The notes under the pieces were generated by a model that was not told where the DNA came from, searched no databases, and saw only the letters and a program-made list of their open reading frames with translations. Positions 1 through 8,778 of a stretch of DNA of 25,117 nt are shown piece after piece (positions within the stretch are counted from its first letter, which is position 1; every line of letters starts with the position of its first letter). The stretch spans positions 1 to 25,117 of the IMG/VR virus record IMGVR_UViG_3300028833_003470; one strand, given 5' to 3'. The stretch is from a virus. A program made the translations under genes and the position numbers.

Positions 1-1
1 C

Positions 2-17
2 AGAAAACTTTATATAT
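2..17 (+). promoter_or_regulatory. Candidate archaeal promoter (purine-rich BRE followed by TATA box TTTATATA at 9-16)
   Basis: AGAAAAC-TTTATATAT matches the methanogen BRE/TATA consensus; it lies at the window edge, so upstream context is unknown. Confidence 0.5.
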
Positions 18-25
18 TATAGGTT

Positions 26-723
26 TCCTGAATGTACCAAGTTGTTGTCTTGTGCTTATTATGTGGGGGGTAGTTTTTATATGATATTTGTTAGTATTAT
101 ATAAAAACTGGGGGTTTTGGGGTATTGAATATTACTGTTTTTTCAATATAAGCTATTTTTTTATTATTTGTGGTTGTCTTTTTCGATGTGCAATACTTTT
201 CTTTTCGTACACTTTACACTTGAAATTGTACTTTAAGGGAGCATTGGTATGTTTTGGGGCATATAGAGTACCATACAAGTGTAGATTAAATCTACACCAT
301 TTTTCGTGTTGAGTAAATTACCCCTTTTGTTGCATTTTTTACCCTTTTTGTTGCAGATTTTCGGTAAATGTTGAGTAAATTTGGTGTAATGTTGAGCATA
401 TCGATGGATTGAAAATGATGGTATGGTGCTTATTTTCTTGTTTGGAGTATGAAAACCGATATGCAAGGTTTGACTATCGCTATTTTTCGGCAGAAACTTA
501 ATTTTTTTTTCGGAAAAATTTTTAGTATTTGGGGGGGGTATTGAAGATTCTAGTTTTTGAAAACATAACTTTCATAAGTATCATAAATTTTTTTTATGTT
601 TCTTATGTTTTTTGTCAGATGTTTTGATTATCTCTGATTTTTTGTTTTTGCAGATTTTTTTTGTTCGTTAGATACCTAACAATAGTGTGGTTATCCTGAA
701 TGTACCAACTTACTGTCTTGTGC
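26..723 (+). repeat. 30-bp imperfect direct repeat, copies at 26-55 and 694-723
   Basis: TCCTGAATGTACCAAgttgtTGTCTTGTGC vs TCCTGAATGTACCAActtacTGTCTTGTGC, 27/30 identical, both preceded by GGTT. Confidence 0.9.
307..398 (+). repeat. Cluster of short direct repeats in the non-coding left end
   Basis: TGTTGAGTAAATT at 307-319 and 369-381, partial TGTTGAG at 390-396; near-tandem ACCC(C/T)TTTTGTTGCA at 320-334 and 341-356. Confidence 0.8.
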
Positions 724-774
724 GATGATTGATTACTATAAATTTTTTAGGGTTATTATTTTTTCACCGATGAC

Positions 775-850
775 CCCCCCATCATAATCATTTTATCATC
801 TCCCAATATATCCCCCCACCACACATACACCCTATTATTTTGATGGGGGG
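775..850. repeat. 10-bp perfect inverted repeat upstream of the first gene
   Basis: CCCCCCATCA (775-784) and TGATGGGGGG (841-850) are exact reverse complements. Confidence 0.8.
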
Positions 851-883
851 CGAGGGAGAATATAATTTTTTGGAGAGTGCAGA

Positions 884-1102
884 ATGGATAAAGGAAGATT
901 AACAACATTAATCAGCGATTTAGGACTGATACTAGTCGCTATTGCAACCTTGCTTGGCATTAGTCTTGATCCTAACTTGGCAACTGCGATAGTGAGTGCA
1001 GTAGTATTGATTATTATCGCATTACTGGATGTTTACCATCCTGAATACAAGGACATAATTGATAATATTGATGATTCAGAGGAGTTGGATGGAGAAGAGT
1101 AG
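884..1102 (+). CDS. Holin-like small membrane protein (72 aa)
   Basis: Two hydrophobic helices (LGLILVAIATLLGI; LATAIVSAVVLIIIALL) and a highly charged C-terminus; GGAG RBS at 872-875. Holin function is inferred from topology. Confidence 0.6.
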   Translation: MDKGRLTTLISDLGLILVAIATLLGISLDPNLATAIVSAVVLIIIALLDVYHPEYKDIIDNIDDSEELDGEE

Positions 1103-1436
1103 TCCGACTTTTTATGACCATCTTGACTTGAATAATCGTGTAACCAAACTGGAATCAGAGAACAAGACACTCTTCAATGAGATAAGGGAAATCAAGGATG
1201 CTTTAGGTGAGAATACTGATGCTTTGAATAATCTGAACAGTACCTTGAATGAGGAGCGAGTCAATAATACCAAGGCGATTAACGAGTTAACTACCTTGTT
1301 GCACGAGGAGAAGTTAAGGGTCGAGTTGATGAATGAGAAAGAATCCACCGAACTGGGCATCAGGAGTACTATTTATACTGGTGTCATTGTGGGTGTTGCC
1401 TTGTTGATTGTTGAGGGATTATTGAGGATATTGTGA
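1089..1436 (+). CDS. Coiled-coil protein with C-terminal TM anchor (XhlA/holin-accessory-like)
   Basis: Heptad-rich body (RVTKLESENKTLFNEIREIKDAL...) and C-terminal hydrophobic helix IYTGVIVGVALLIVEGLL. ATG 1089 follows AGGAG and is preferred over the track start at 1059. Confidence 0.6.
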   Translation: MEKSSPTFYDHLDLNNRVTKLESENKTLFNEIREIKDALGENTDALNNLNSTLNEERVNNTKAINELTTLLHEEKLRVELMNEKESTELGIRSTIYTGVIVGVALLIVEGLLRIL

Positions 1437-1909
1437 TTTTTATGACTGATGATGATAATAAGATTGAAGAGAGGAATATGGTTCAGGGGAAGAAGCCCCC
1501 ATTATTCATTAAAGAGCCTATCCTTAAGCAGAAGCTTTTGTCTATGATTGAAAAGGGCAATTATATTAGTACTAGTTGTGAGGCTTGTGGTATTAATCCA
1601 TCTACTTTGACTTATTGGAGAACCAAGGCTAGAGAGGGTAAAGAGCCTTATGTTAGTTTTTTTGCAGAGTTGCGAGAAGCCGAGAGAAAGGCTGAAACTG
1701 TTATAGCAGAGGGAATCTATGATATCGGTTTCGATAAGAGGAATTGGACTGCCCTTGCTTGGTTATTAGAGAGGAAGAACCCTGAAAGATGGGGTAGGAA
1801 AGACAGAGTTGATGTCGCTTCTGATAAGGAGTTTAAGATTGAGATTACTAGTACTAAATCCGAGCATAAGATGAGTGAAGAGGATAGGAAGAACCTAGAA
1901 GAGGAATAG
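1433..1909 (+). CDS. terS: Terminase small subunit
   Basis: HTH-like segment (ISTSCEACGINPSTLTYW) and AWLLERKNPERWGRKD motif typical of TerS; immediately upstream of terL. Start may be ATG 1442. Confidence 0.8.
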   Translation: MIFMTDDDNKIEERNMVQGKKPPLFIKEPILKQKLLSMIEKGNYISTSCEACGINPSTLTYWRTKAREGKEPYVSFFAELREAERKAETVIAEGIYDIGFDKRNWTALAWLLERKNPERWGRKDRVDVASDKEFKIEITSTKSEHKMSEEDRKNLEEE

Positions 1910-1910
1910 T

Positions 1911-3128
1911 ATGCCAACAGTTGAGTGGAAGTTGAGTGAGAAACAAGCCGAGTATTTGTATGATAAGCATAGGTATTTGGTTGTTGAGGGTAGTGCTGGA
2001 TCTGGAAAAACCCTGTTTGCTTGTCATAAGGTTTTATTGTATGCTTTCACTCATAAGAATGCGAAGATTGGTGTTTTTAGGTTGACTTTACCGAGCCTTA
2101 AGCAGACTGCTTGGTTGGAGATTAGGCAATTGTTGGATAAGTATGATTTGCCTTATCAGGAGAATAAGACCGAGGGTGTTATGACTTTCCCTAATGGTAC
2201 AACCATCATATTCAGGGCTTTAGACGATATGAGGAAAATTCGTAGTCTTAACCTTGATCTAGTCTATGTGGAGCAATGTGAGGAAATTGATAAGGATATC
2301 TTTATGGAGTTGGATTCAAGGGTAAGAGGACAAGCTAGTATTGATGATTATGGTCAATTATTGCTTGTTGTTACTCCTGAAATGCAATCTCATTGGATTT
2401 ATAAAAGATTTCATAAGATTGAGGATGAGGATGCTTGTGTTGTCCATTTCCATTATACAGAGAATCCTTTTGTTGATGATAAGTATATCAAGATGGCAGA
2501 GGATAGGAAGAAGTTTGATTATGATACTTATGCACGATTAACACTTGGTAAATGGGGCTTGGTTGGTGATATTATTTATCAGAACTGGGATATCAAGGAA
2601 TCCAGTAGAGGTTTCGAGTATTATACTGGTGGTTCTGATTTTGGTTTCAACAACCCAAGTTGTTTCTTATTGGTTGGTTGGTTGGATAATGAGGCTTATG
2701 TTATTGATGAGGTTTACGAGCGAAACCTTATAAATTACCAGTTTATTGGCAAGGTTAATGAGATGTTGAAGAGGAATAATCTTAACCCAAGCAACCTTGA
2801 TACTGTTTATGGTGATAAGGCAGAGCCTGACCGAATCCAAGAATTTAATGAATATGGTTACAATATGGTTGGTGGAATCAAGGATGTTAATGCGAAGATC
2901 AATGCCACCAAATCAGTTAAAATCCACATAAGCCCAAAGTGTGTGAATACTATTAAGGAGATTGAGAATTACTGCTATCAAAGGGATAAGGATGGCAATG
3001 CTATTGATAAGCCAATAAAATACAATGACCACAGTATGGATGCATTGGGTTATTGTGTTTATGGTACTGTTGGAATCTTAAGCCCTGAACGAAGTATGCC
3101 TGAAAAGGCTACAATCTATGGATACTAA
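1911..3128 (+). CDS. terL: Terminase large subunit (PBSX/Terminase_3-like)
   Basis: Walker A GSAGSGKT, Walker B-like LVYVEQCEE, HW motif, LGKW linker, and RNase-H-like nuclease acidic motifs SDFGFNNP, GDKAEP, NDHSMDAL. Confidence 0.95.
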   Translation: MPTVEWKLSEKQAEYLYDKHRYLVVEGSAGSGKTLFACHKVLLYAFTHKNAKIGVFRLTLPSLKQTAWLEIRQLLDKYDLPYQENKTEGVMTFPNGTTIIFRALDDMRKIRSLNLDLVYVEQCEEIDKDIFMELDSRVRGQASIDDYGQLLLVVTPEMQSHWIYKRFHKIEDEDACVVHFHYTENPFVDDKYIKMAEDRKKFDYDTYARLTLGKWGLVGDIIYQNWDIKESSRGFEYYTGGSDFGFNNPSCFLLVGWLDNEAYVIDEVYERNLINYQFIGKVNEMLKRNNLNPSNLDTVYGDKAEPDRIQEFNEYGYNMVGGIKDVNAKINATKSVKIHISPKCVNTIKEIENYCYQRDKDGNAIDKPIKYNDHSMDALGYCVYGTVGILSPERSMPEKATIYGY

Positions 3129-3146
3129 ATGGAGAGATGAATATAT

Positions 3147-4469
3147 ATGGGAATTTTTGATAGGATATATGGGTTCAGACAACGAGAGGTTCGCAACAGT
3201 TATCCTAACGAGGTCAGATTGGCTGATATAAGTGCTAAAGAACCTGATAATCCAAGTGGGAAAGACCTTTACGAGATAACCCCATCTCATATTAATAGGA
3301 CAGTAAGGAACTGCCGATATGCCACACGAGATCCACAAGTACACGGTGTACTGTTGGATATTATGGTGAAATCCAACACTCATTTCGAGATAATTGGGGA
3401 TAATGAACAAGCAGTAAACCATATCAAGAAGATGGATGAGGATTACTGGAATATTAATAAGATTATTGATGAGATGTTTTGGAAAGGGGCAGTTGATGGT
3501 CAAGCCTTTATGAACCTGCGAATCAAGGAGAATCATATATGTCCACGATGGCTTGAATGGGATGGAGAATCCTATAATATTATGGAGATATATGACTCTG
3601 ATGAGGAATTATTAGGTTACAAGCAAGTTATTCAGAAGAATGCGAAGACTAATAATGGTTGGCTTCGCAGGAAATTCGATGAGTTGAAGAACGAATCCTC
3701 CGAGGAGGTTGAGATAAACTTTGAACCATCCGAGGTAATTCATATGAAATACCTTGAGAGGGATGGAATAGGTCATAGTCTTGTAGTGAATGTACTTGAT
3801 GATGTGATGTACAAGAGGAAGCTCAAGGAACTTATGACTTTGACTGTTTATAAGAATAGTAATCTTGTTGTTGTTACTATGGGTAACGAAGACAAGATGA
3901 ACACTTACCTTGATGAGGATGCACGAAATATGGTAGTGGAAACTGTATCCGACTTCGACCATAAAGGTGCAGTAGTAGTGCCATATGGAATAGGTCTTGA
4001 AGTGCTTAAGGGTGGAACATTACCTGAAATCCAAGACTACCTCAAATACTATGAGAGATGCATTTATGTAGGATTGAACACTCCTGAAGCTGTATTCAAC
4101 TCCGAATCAAGTAACAGAGCAACAGCCGACATCCAACTTGACAGTAAGACAAGTGGTAGAATACTCTTCTTCCAATACAATCAAGAATGGGTTACCAAGT
4201 ATATTGAAGAACTGTTCAGAAGAGAACTTGAACTTCAAGGCATAAGTGGATATGTGACTATTGAATTCGAGAACCTCACAGAAGATGAAGATGGGGATGA
4301 GAATTCTGATGATACTGATCCTGAAAGCTTACACAAGCCAATAACAAAGAAAGGTCAAGAGGATATTGACAAGACTGGCACTACTGGGATAAAGAAAACC
4401 AGTACGAACTCTGATAATGTTCATAATGATGTTAAGAATCGAAGTCAAACGAATACTGCAGGAGGTTGA
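3147..4469 (+). CDS. Portal protein
   Basis: 440 aa directly after terL; helical core with SNRATADIQ-type stem motif and a disordered acidic C-terminal tail; GGAG RBS at about 3131. Confidence 0.85.
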   Translation: MGIFDRIYGFRQREVRNSYPNEVRLADISAKEPDNPSGKDLYEITPSHINRTVRNCRYATRDPQVHGVLLDIMVKSNTHFEIIGDNEQAVNHIKKMDEDYWNINKIIDEMFWKGAVDGQAFMNLRIKENHICPRWLEWDGESYNIMEIYDSDEELLGYKQVIQKNAKTNNGWLRRKFDELKNESSEEVEINFEPSEVIHMKYLERDGIGHSLVVNVLDDVMYKRKLKELMTLTVYKNSNLVVVTMGNEDKMNTYLDEDARNMVVETVSDFDHKGAVVVPYGIGLEVLKGGTLPEIQDYLKYYERCIYVGLNTPEAVFNSESSNRATADIQLDSKTSGRILFFQYNQEWVTKYIEELFRRELELQGISGYVTIEFENLTEDEDGDENSDDTDPESLHKPITKKGQEDIDKTGTTGIKKTSTNSDNVHNDVKNRSQTNTAGG

Positions 4470-4474
4470 AGTGA

Positions 4475-5266
4475 ATGGTTAGTGATGGATTAAAACATCT
4501 TATCAAGACTCCTGCTGATTTAACTGATGAGGTTTTTGATTTCAAGAACCTTGACTCTGATGAACAAGCCTACATCATCGCTTTATTATTTTATTATAAT
4601 GATTTTGCCTTGAAGTATCAGGGCAAGACAAGAGCATATATTGAATCTCATTACGAGGATGATATTGATGCCTTGCAAGAGAAACTCCTTAAGGCTAATG
4701 AGAAACAATTCGAGAAGATGTTTGAAACTTTCAAGAGAAAACAACTTGAGAATGATAAGAACCTCCCAAGTAGCAAGTATGGTAAGGTTACTTGGAAAGG
4801 CTTCAATAAGGCAAGTATGAGCAAGAAACTCACATTCGAGGTTGTTACTCAAAGCATTAAGGACATCTGCTCTGAATTGAAGAGAGAAATAGGTTTGCAA
4901 TTGAAAGTCCACGAAGACATCAATTATAAGGCTTCTGACTTCTCAATCAAGGCGAAACTTGACAAGGGAGCGAAGAAGCTTAAAAAGGCAGGGAAGTTTA
5001 CTGCAGGTAGATTAAGGCAGAAGACAGAACGAGCCTACCAAGACTTCCAAAACAAGCCACAAACCCTCTACAAATGGCAATGCTCATATGTAAGGAATGT
5101 GCCTTGTGCTTGGTGCGAATACCAACAATTACAACCACCAAGACCAATCGATGACTGGGAATATGACCACCCAAATGGACATTGCACACTAGTACCAATA
5201 AATGGAACAGAAGCCTATTCCGATGATTATCTTGCAATAGCAGAATTCCTTGATGAGGAAGATTGA
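4475..5266 (+). CDS. Head morphogenesis/minor head protein (Mu gpF / SPP1 gp7-like)
   Basis: Follows the portal; C-terminal YKW..CAWC...HPNGHC matches the family CxxC...HPNCRC motif. Confidence 0.8.
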   Translation: MVSDGLKHLIKTPADLTDEVFDFKNLDSDEQAYIIALLFYYNDFALKYQGKTRAYIESHYEDDIDALQEKLLKANEKQFEKMFETFKRKQLENDKNLPSSKYGKVTWKGFNKASMSKKLTFEVVTQSIKDICSELKREIGLQLKVHEDINYKASDFSIKAKLDKGAKKLKKAGKFTAGRLRQKTERAYQDFQNKPQTLYKWQCSYVRNVPCAWCEYQQLQPPRPIDDWEYDHPNGHCTLVPINGTEAYSDDYLAIAEFLDEED

Positions 5267-6132
5267 TATTTATGAAATTTATTAACCTTTTTGGAGTTGG
5301 TACAGTTGATTATGCTGATGAGGGATTCGACAAGCCAGTAAGGTTCAGTAGTGAAACCCTCAAATATCTAGCCGAAAACCTAGGCGAAACCAAACTCACA
5401 AGAGAACATACAGATGAGAATATTGGATCATACAATAATTTCCGATTCAAAGATGATTTCCTCCAAGTCGAAGTACCTGATGATTTCGAGGGTGGATTAT
5501 CACCAGTATTCCAAGCAGATTGGAATCTTGTTGGAGATTACTATGAACCAGTACCGAATAGTTTACGAATGACCAGTATTGGATTAACAAATAATCCACG
5601 AACTGGAATAATCTACAACAGTAATAAGGGAGATGATACTGTGGATGATAATAAATTCAATGACTTGTTAACTAGGAAAGATGAGAGAATCACCGAACAG
5701 CAAGAAGAGATAGCAATACTACGAAAACAGTATGAAGAATTACAAGATAAATTTAATGATTCCAGTAAAGAATCCAAGGAGTTACAAGCAAAGATAAAAG
5801 AATTAACAAACTTGGAAACCGAACTGGAATCTTACAAAGCCGATGCAGAAAAGTACAGAGTACAAGAAGCTGAAGCGAGGGCTGAACTCATCACACAAAT
5901 TGCAGGTGATGATGAAAAAGCCAAAGAAATCTTCAAAGACACTAGTGTTGAGGATTTAAAGTATATGCTTGAGCAGAAAACAGTAACCGAACCTCCAAAG
6001 GGTGCGACTACTAATAATGCTCAAGGGAATGTGCAAGATGGTTCTGAACCACCTGCAAGTAAAGTGAATGAGGATGATAAATACACTTATGAGGCTTTCA
6101 AGGAATGGGAAGACTCATTAGATGAATGGTAG
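5263..6132 (+). CDS. Prohead protease fused to a scaffolding domain
   Basis: N-terminal EHTDENIG (His) and SIGLTNNPR (Ser) resemble Mu gpI/HK97-type protease motifs; the C-terminal half is a charged coiled coil. Start may be ATG 5272. Confidence 0.75.
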   Translation: MIFMKFINLFGVGTVDYADEGFDKPVRFSSETLKYLAENLGETKLTREHTDENIGSYNNFRFKDDFLQVEVPDDFEGGLSPVFQADWNLVGDYYEPVPNSLRMTSIGLTNNPRTGIIYNSNKGDDTVDDNKFNDLLTRKDERITEQQEEIAILRKQYEELQDKFNDSSKESKELQAKIKELTNLETELESYKADAEKYRVQEAEARAELITQIAGDDEKAKEIFKDTSVEDLKYMLEQKTVTEPPKGATTNNAQGNVQDGSEPPASKVNEDDKYTYEAFKEWEDSLDEW

Positions 6133-6176
6133 TCCTCAAATGAAAAACAACTAATATATATTATGGAGAATAGAGA

Positions 6177-6737
6177 ATGACCGAAAATACATTAGGAACT
6201 TTCTATGACAAAGAACAAGGTAAAACCTACGAAGTCAACGAGGGCGATGTAACTGTCGCAGAGGGCTACAGTACCTTAAATGCAAGTAAACAGAAATTCA
6301 TCTCCTTTGAAAACCCAGTAGGTGCAGAGAACTTTTTAGAATTTGATTTCAGCGATGACTTATTAGTCAAGGGTGCAACTACCAAAGCAACCCACATCAC
6401 AATGTACGAGCCTGAATTCCCATATGGAAAACTCCCACAAGAAGATGTTGAAGATGGAAGCTACAGAAGATTCGTAACTGCATTCGAGTTAAAAGTAGGA
6501 GAAGTACAATTACCACTTTCCGATACTAACTCTGCAATCGCAAAAGGTAATGGATTAAAGATTACTGATTACCATACTGGATTGGACAAGCATACTAATG
6601 ACTCCGAAATCGTAGCACTTGAATCCAAACCTGCAAATAGTGGTGGATACATCATCGCATACCTCAAAGTACCATACTTGACTGTTGGTGGAGCATCAGC
6701 CTCTTCTAGTGGTAGTGGATCAGGTAGTGGATCATAA
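6177..6737 (+). CDS. Probable capsid decoration/cement protein
   Basis: 186-aa beta-rich protein between scaffold and MCP, a common decoration-gene position; GGAG RBS; ends in a Gly/Ser tail. Confidence 0.55.
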   Translation: MTENTLGTFYDKEQGKTYEVNEGDVTVAEGYSTLNASKQKFISFENPVGAENFLEFDFSDDLLVKGATTKATHITMYEPEFPYGKLPQEDVEDGSYRRFVTAFELKVGEVQLPLSDTNSAIAKGNGLKITDYHTGLDKHTNDSEIVALESKPANSGGYIIAYLKVPYLTVGGASASSSGSGSGSGS

Positions 6738-6788
6738 TTACAAACTTAACTTTTTCAATTATTAAACTTATAATGGAGAATCACAATA

Positions 6789-7748
6789 ATGGCTAACGAA
6801 AATCAATTACAAAAAGTGGATGGAGCATACCATAGTGGATACTATACTGCTAAAATCAGAAAAGATGTAGCAAAAGAATTCAAGATGGCAGGACTCTTCC
6901 CAACCCAAAAAGTATCTGATAAGAACATCACAGTAACTGATGTAAACACTTATGATGAGATTGAAGACCAAGTAAAAGGCAGAAAGAAAAAACTGGAAGC
7001 AAAAGGAACTAGTCTTCGTAAAATCAGAGCAAGAGTAGTCACCCCAGAGGGTTTCAGACTTGAGCAATATGGTATCGAAATGGATATCGAACAGAGAGAT
7101 TTGCTTGAACAAAGAATATCCATTACTGATGTTATGAAACCAGTAACCAAGTACCTTGCACAAGAAATCGACAACAATGTATACCAATCTGCAGTTTCCT
7201 ATGCTACTGATGAAAGCACCAATTATGGATTAACCAACAACTGGACTAACTCCGAAATCGAGGACATCCTCCACGATATCATCACCATCAAAAACAAGAA
7301 ACTGGAAGAGGGTTACGATATCAACCACATAATGCTTGGTATGGATGCAAAAACCAAACTTGACATCTTAAGTGCATCCAAAGACATTGTAACCTCCAAA
7401 TACATCTTCGGACACAACAACTTCGAGTTAGACAACACCATCACCCTGAATGATATGGTATTCAGTTGGGGTGGAAAAACAATGGATGGTAAAGAATTAT
7501 TAGCATTCTGTACCGATGCACCTGCACTTGAAATCTTCTACCTTGACTTCTTCAACCCTAATGTGCAAAGAGTACCATCTATTGGTCAATATGAAAAATA
7601 TGCACCATTAATCAATGTCTTGAAGTACGATAATGCTAAAGAAGAACACGAACCTATCATCAAGATGAAATTCGCTACTGCAGTAGGTACTTACCCATTA
7701 GAAAAAGGTAAGAGAATGCTTAAAGTACCTAATGTAATGGGTAACTAA
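6789..7748 (+). CDS. Major capsid protein (HK97 fold expected)
   Basis: 319 aa at the expected position; GGAG RBS at about 6775; E-loop/P-domain-like pattern (LAQEIDNNVYQSA; YDINHIMLG). Confidence 0.85.
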   Translation: MANENQLQKVDGAYHSGYYTAKIRKDVAKEFKMAGLFPTQKVSDKNITVTDVNTYDEIEDQVKGRKKKLEAKGTSLRKIRARVVTPEGFRLEQYGIEMDIEQRDLLEQRISITDVMKPVTKYLAQEIDNNVYQSAVSYATDESTNYGLTNNWTNSEIEDILHDIITIKNKKLEEGYDINHIMLGMDAKTKLDILSASKDIVTSKYIFGHNNFELDNTITLNDMVFSWGGKTMDGKELLAFCTDAPALEIFYLDFFNPNVQRVPSIGQYEKYAPLINVLKYDNAKEEHEPIIKMKFATAVGTYPLEKGKRMLKVPNVMGN

Positions 7749-7778
7749 ACCTGATAATACTTTTTAAGGAGATATTCA

Positions 7779-8774
7779 ATGGAAAACAAGATGGAAGACT
7801 ATTATAAAGTAATGCAATATCTCCGAGAAATGTTCGTAGACAGACAATATCCTTATGAGTTTGAAGATGAGGAACTGTTGGGTTCTGATTCTTCAATATC
7901 TCTTGTTGATTCCGAGTATGGTGACTTCGAGAAAAGCCTACAATTGGAAAGTATCAAGAGTGGTGATGTACTCCGAATGACATTACCCAAACCAAGAGAT
8001 TTCACCGATTGCACAAGCTTTGAAGTCAGTTTCTATTGTAGTGAGGAGTTTGATCCACAGAACCTTGTCATTGGTTTCAGTAATAAGAAGAAAGGCTACA
8101 TTAATCAAGTCGAGCTTGATAGTGGCAATATTATTGAGGCTGAAACCTACTTGAACAAGGGTGGGCATTACCTCATCAAATACAACCTAAAGGATACTAA
8201 TACCAAGATGGCTAAAAAGGATAGAAGATTATCCCATACCGAGTCAATTAATCTGATATTTGGGCAGGAAGTTAATGAGTTAATCCTTTATGATGCAGTT
8301 TTACGAACTGCTAATAATCATATTACCCTTGAGGACTTGGATGAAACAATATTGATGGGTACATATTATATTCAAAACCAATTATTATTGGAAGATGCAG
8401 AAGATATTCCATTGCCATTGCAACACTTGAATTATAAATCTGCAGGTGCTTACACTTGGTTGATATGGTGGGAGAACGAGAGCAAAGTTATGGATGATGC
8501 CACTAAAGAGGGCAGAAACTATGCCACAAGACTTTTCGACCAAATCGACCTCTTCCTACAAAAATGGTTAGAAGCTCACCCAACTGGAAACACCGACCCA
8601 AATATGAAACTCTTGGGATTCACAACCTACCAAGACTTCCCAATCAAACGAAGAATCCACGAAATAGGAAACAACCAAATCTATGTCTATGACCCTGAAG
8701 ACCTACGAAACTATAATACAATGAGATTAGTCATCAGTAACCGACTTGACTTATTAGGTGCAAAAGGAGGATAA
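7779..8774 (+). CDS. Head-tail adaptor-like protein with an inserted beta-sandwich domain
   Basis: First gene after MCP; helical C-terminal part (TLEDLDETI...YATRLFDQIDLFLQKW) resembles gp36/gp6-type adaptors; aa ~35-177 are beta-rich; AGGAG RBS. Confidence 0.6.
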   Translation: MENKMEDYYKVMQYLREMFVDRQYPYEFEDEELLGSDSSISLVDSEYGDFEKSLQLESIKSGDVLRMTLPKPRDFTDCTSFEVSFYCSEEFDPQNLVIGFSNKKKGYINQVELDSGNIIEAETYLNKGGHYLIKYNLKDTNTKMAKKDRRLSHTESINLIFGQEVNELILYDAVLRTANNHITLEDLDETILMGTYYIQNQLLLEDAEDIPLPLQHLNYKSAGAYTWLIWWENESKVMDDATKEGRNYATRLFDQIDLFLQKWLEAHPTGNTDPNMKLLGFTTYQDFPIKRRIHEIGNNQIYVYDPEDLRNYNTMRLVISNRLDLLGAKGG

Positions 8775-8778
8775 ACTT

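Noticed and set aside
88-466. Short ORFs 88-312 (+) and 233-466 (-)
   Set aside because: Low-complexity Phe/Cys- or Lys/Asn-rich translations of T-rich repeat DNA, with no RBS; most likely non-coding.
26-723. 30-bp repeat pair as a CRISPR mini-array or att site
   Set aside because: Only two copies, 668 bp apart, with no spacer-sized interval; no integrase or tRNA context to support att.
747-752. TTAGGG telomere-like hexamer
   Set aside because: Isolated copies, not tandem; no telomere function is plausible.
1911-3128. Intein or intron in terL (or in portal/MCP)
   Set aside because: Gene lengths are normal or compact, with no LAGLIDADG, HNH or C...HN splice motifs.
6735-6791. Read-through fusion of the decoration protein to the in-frame MCP
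   Set aside because: Additional in-frame stops (first at 6747-6749) lie between them, and MCP has its own RBS.
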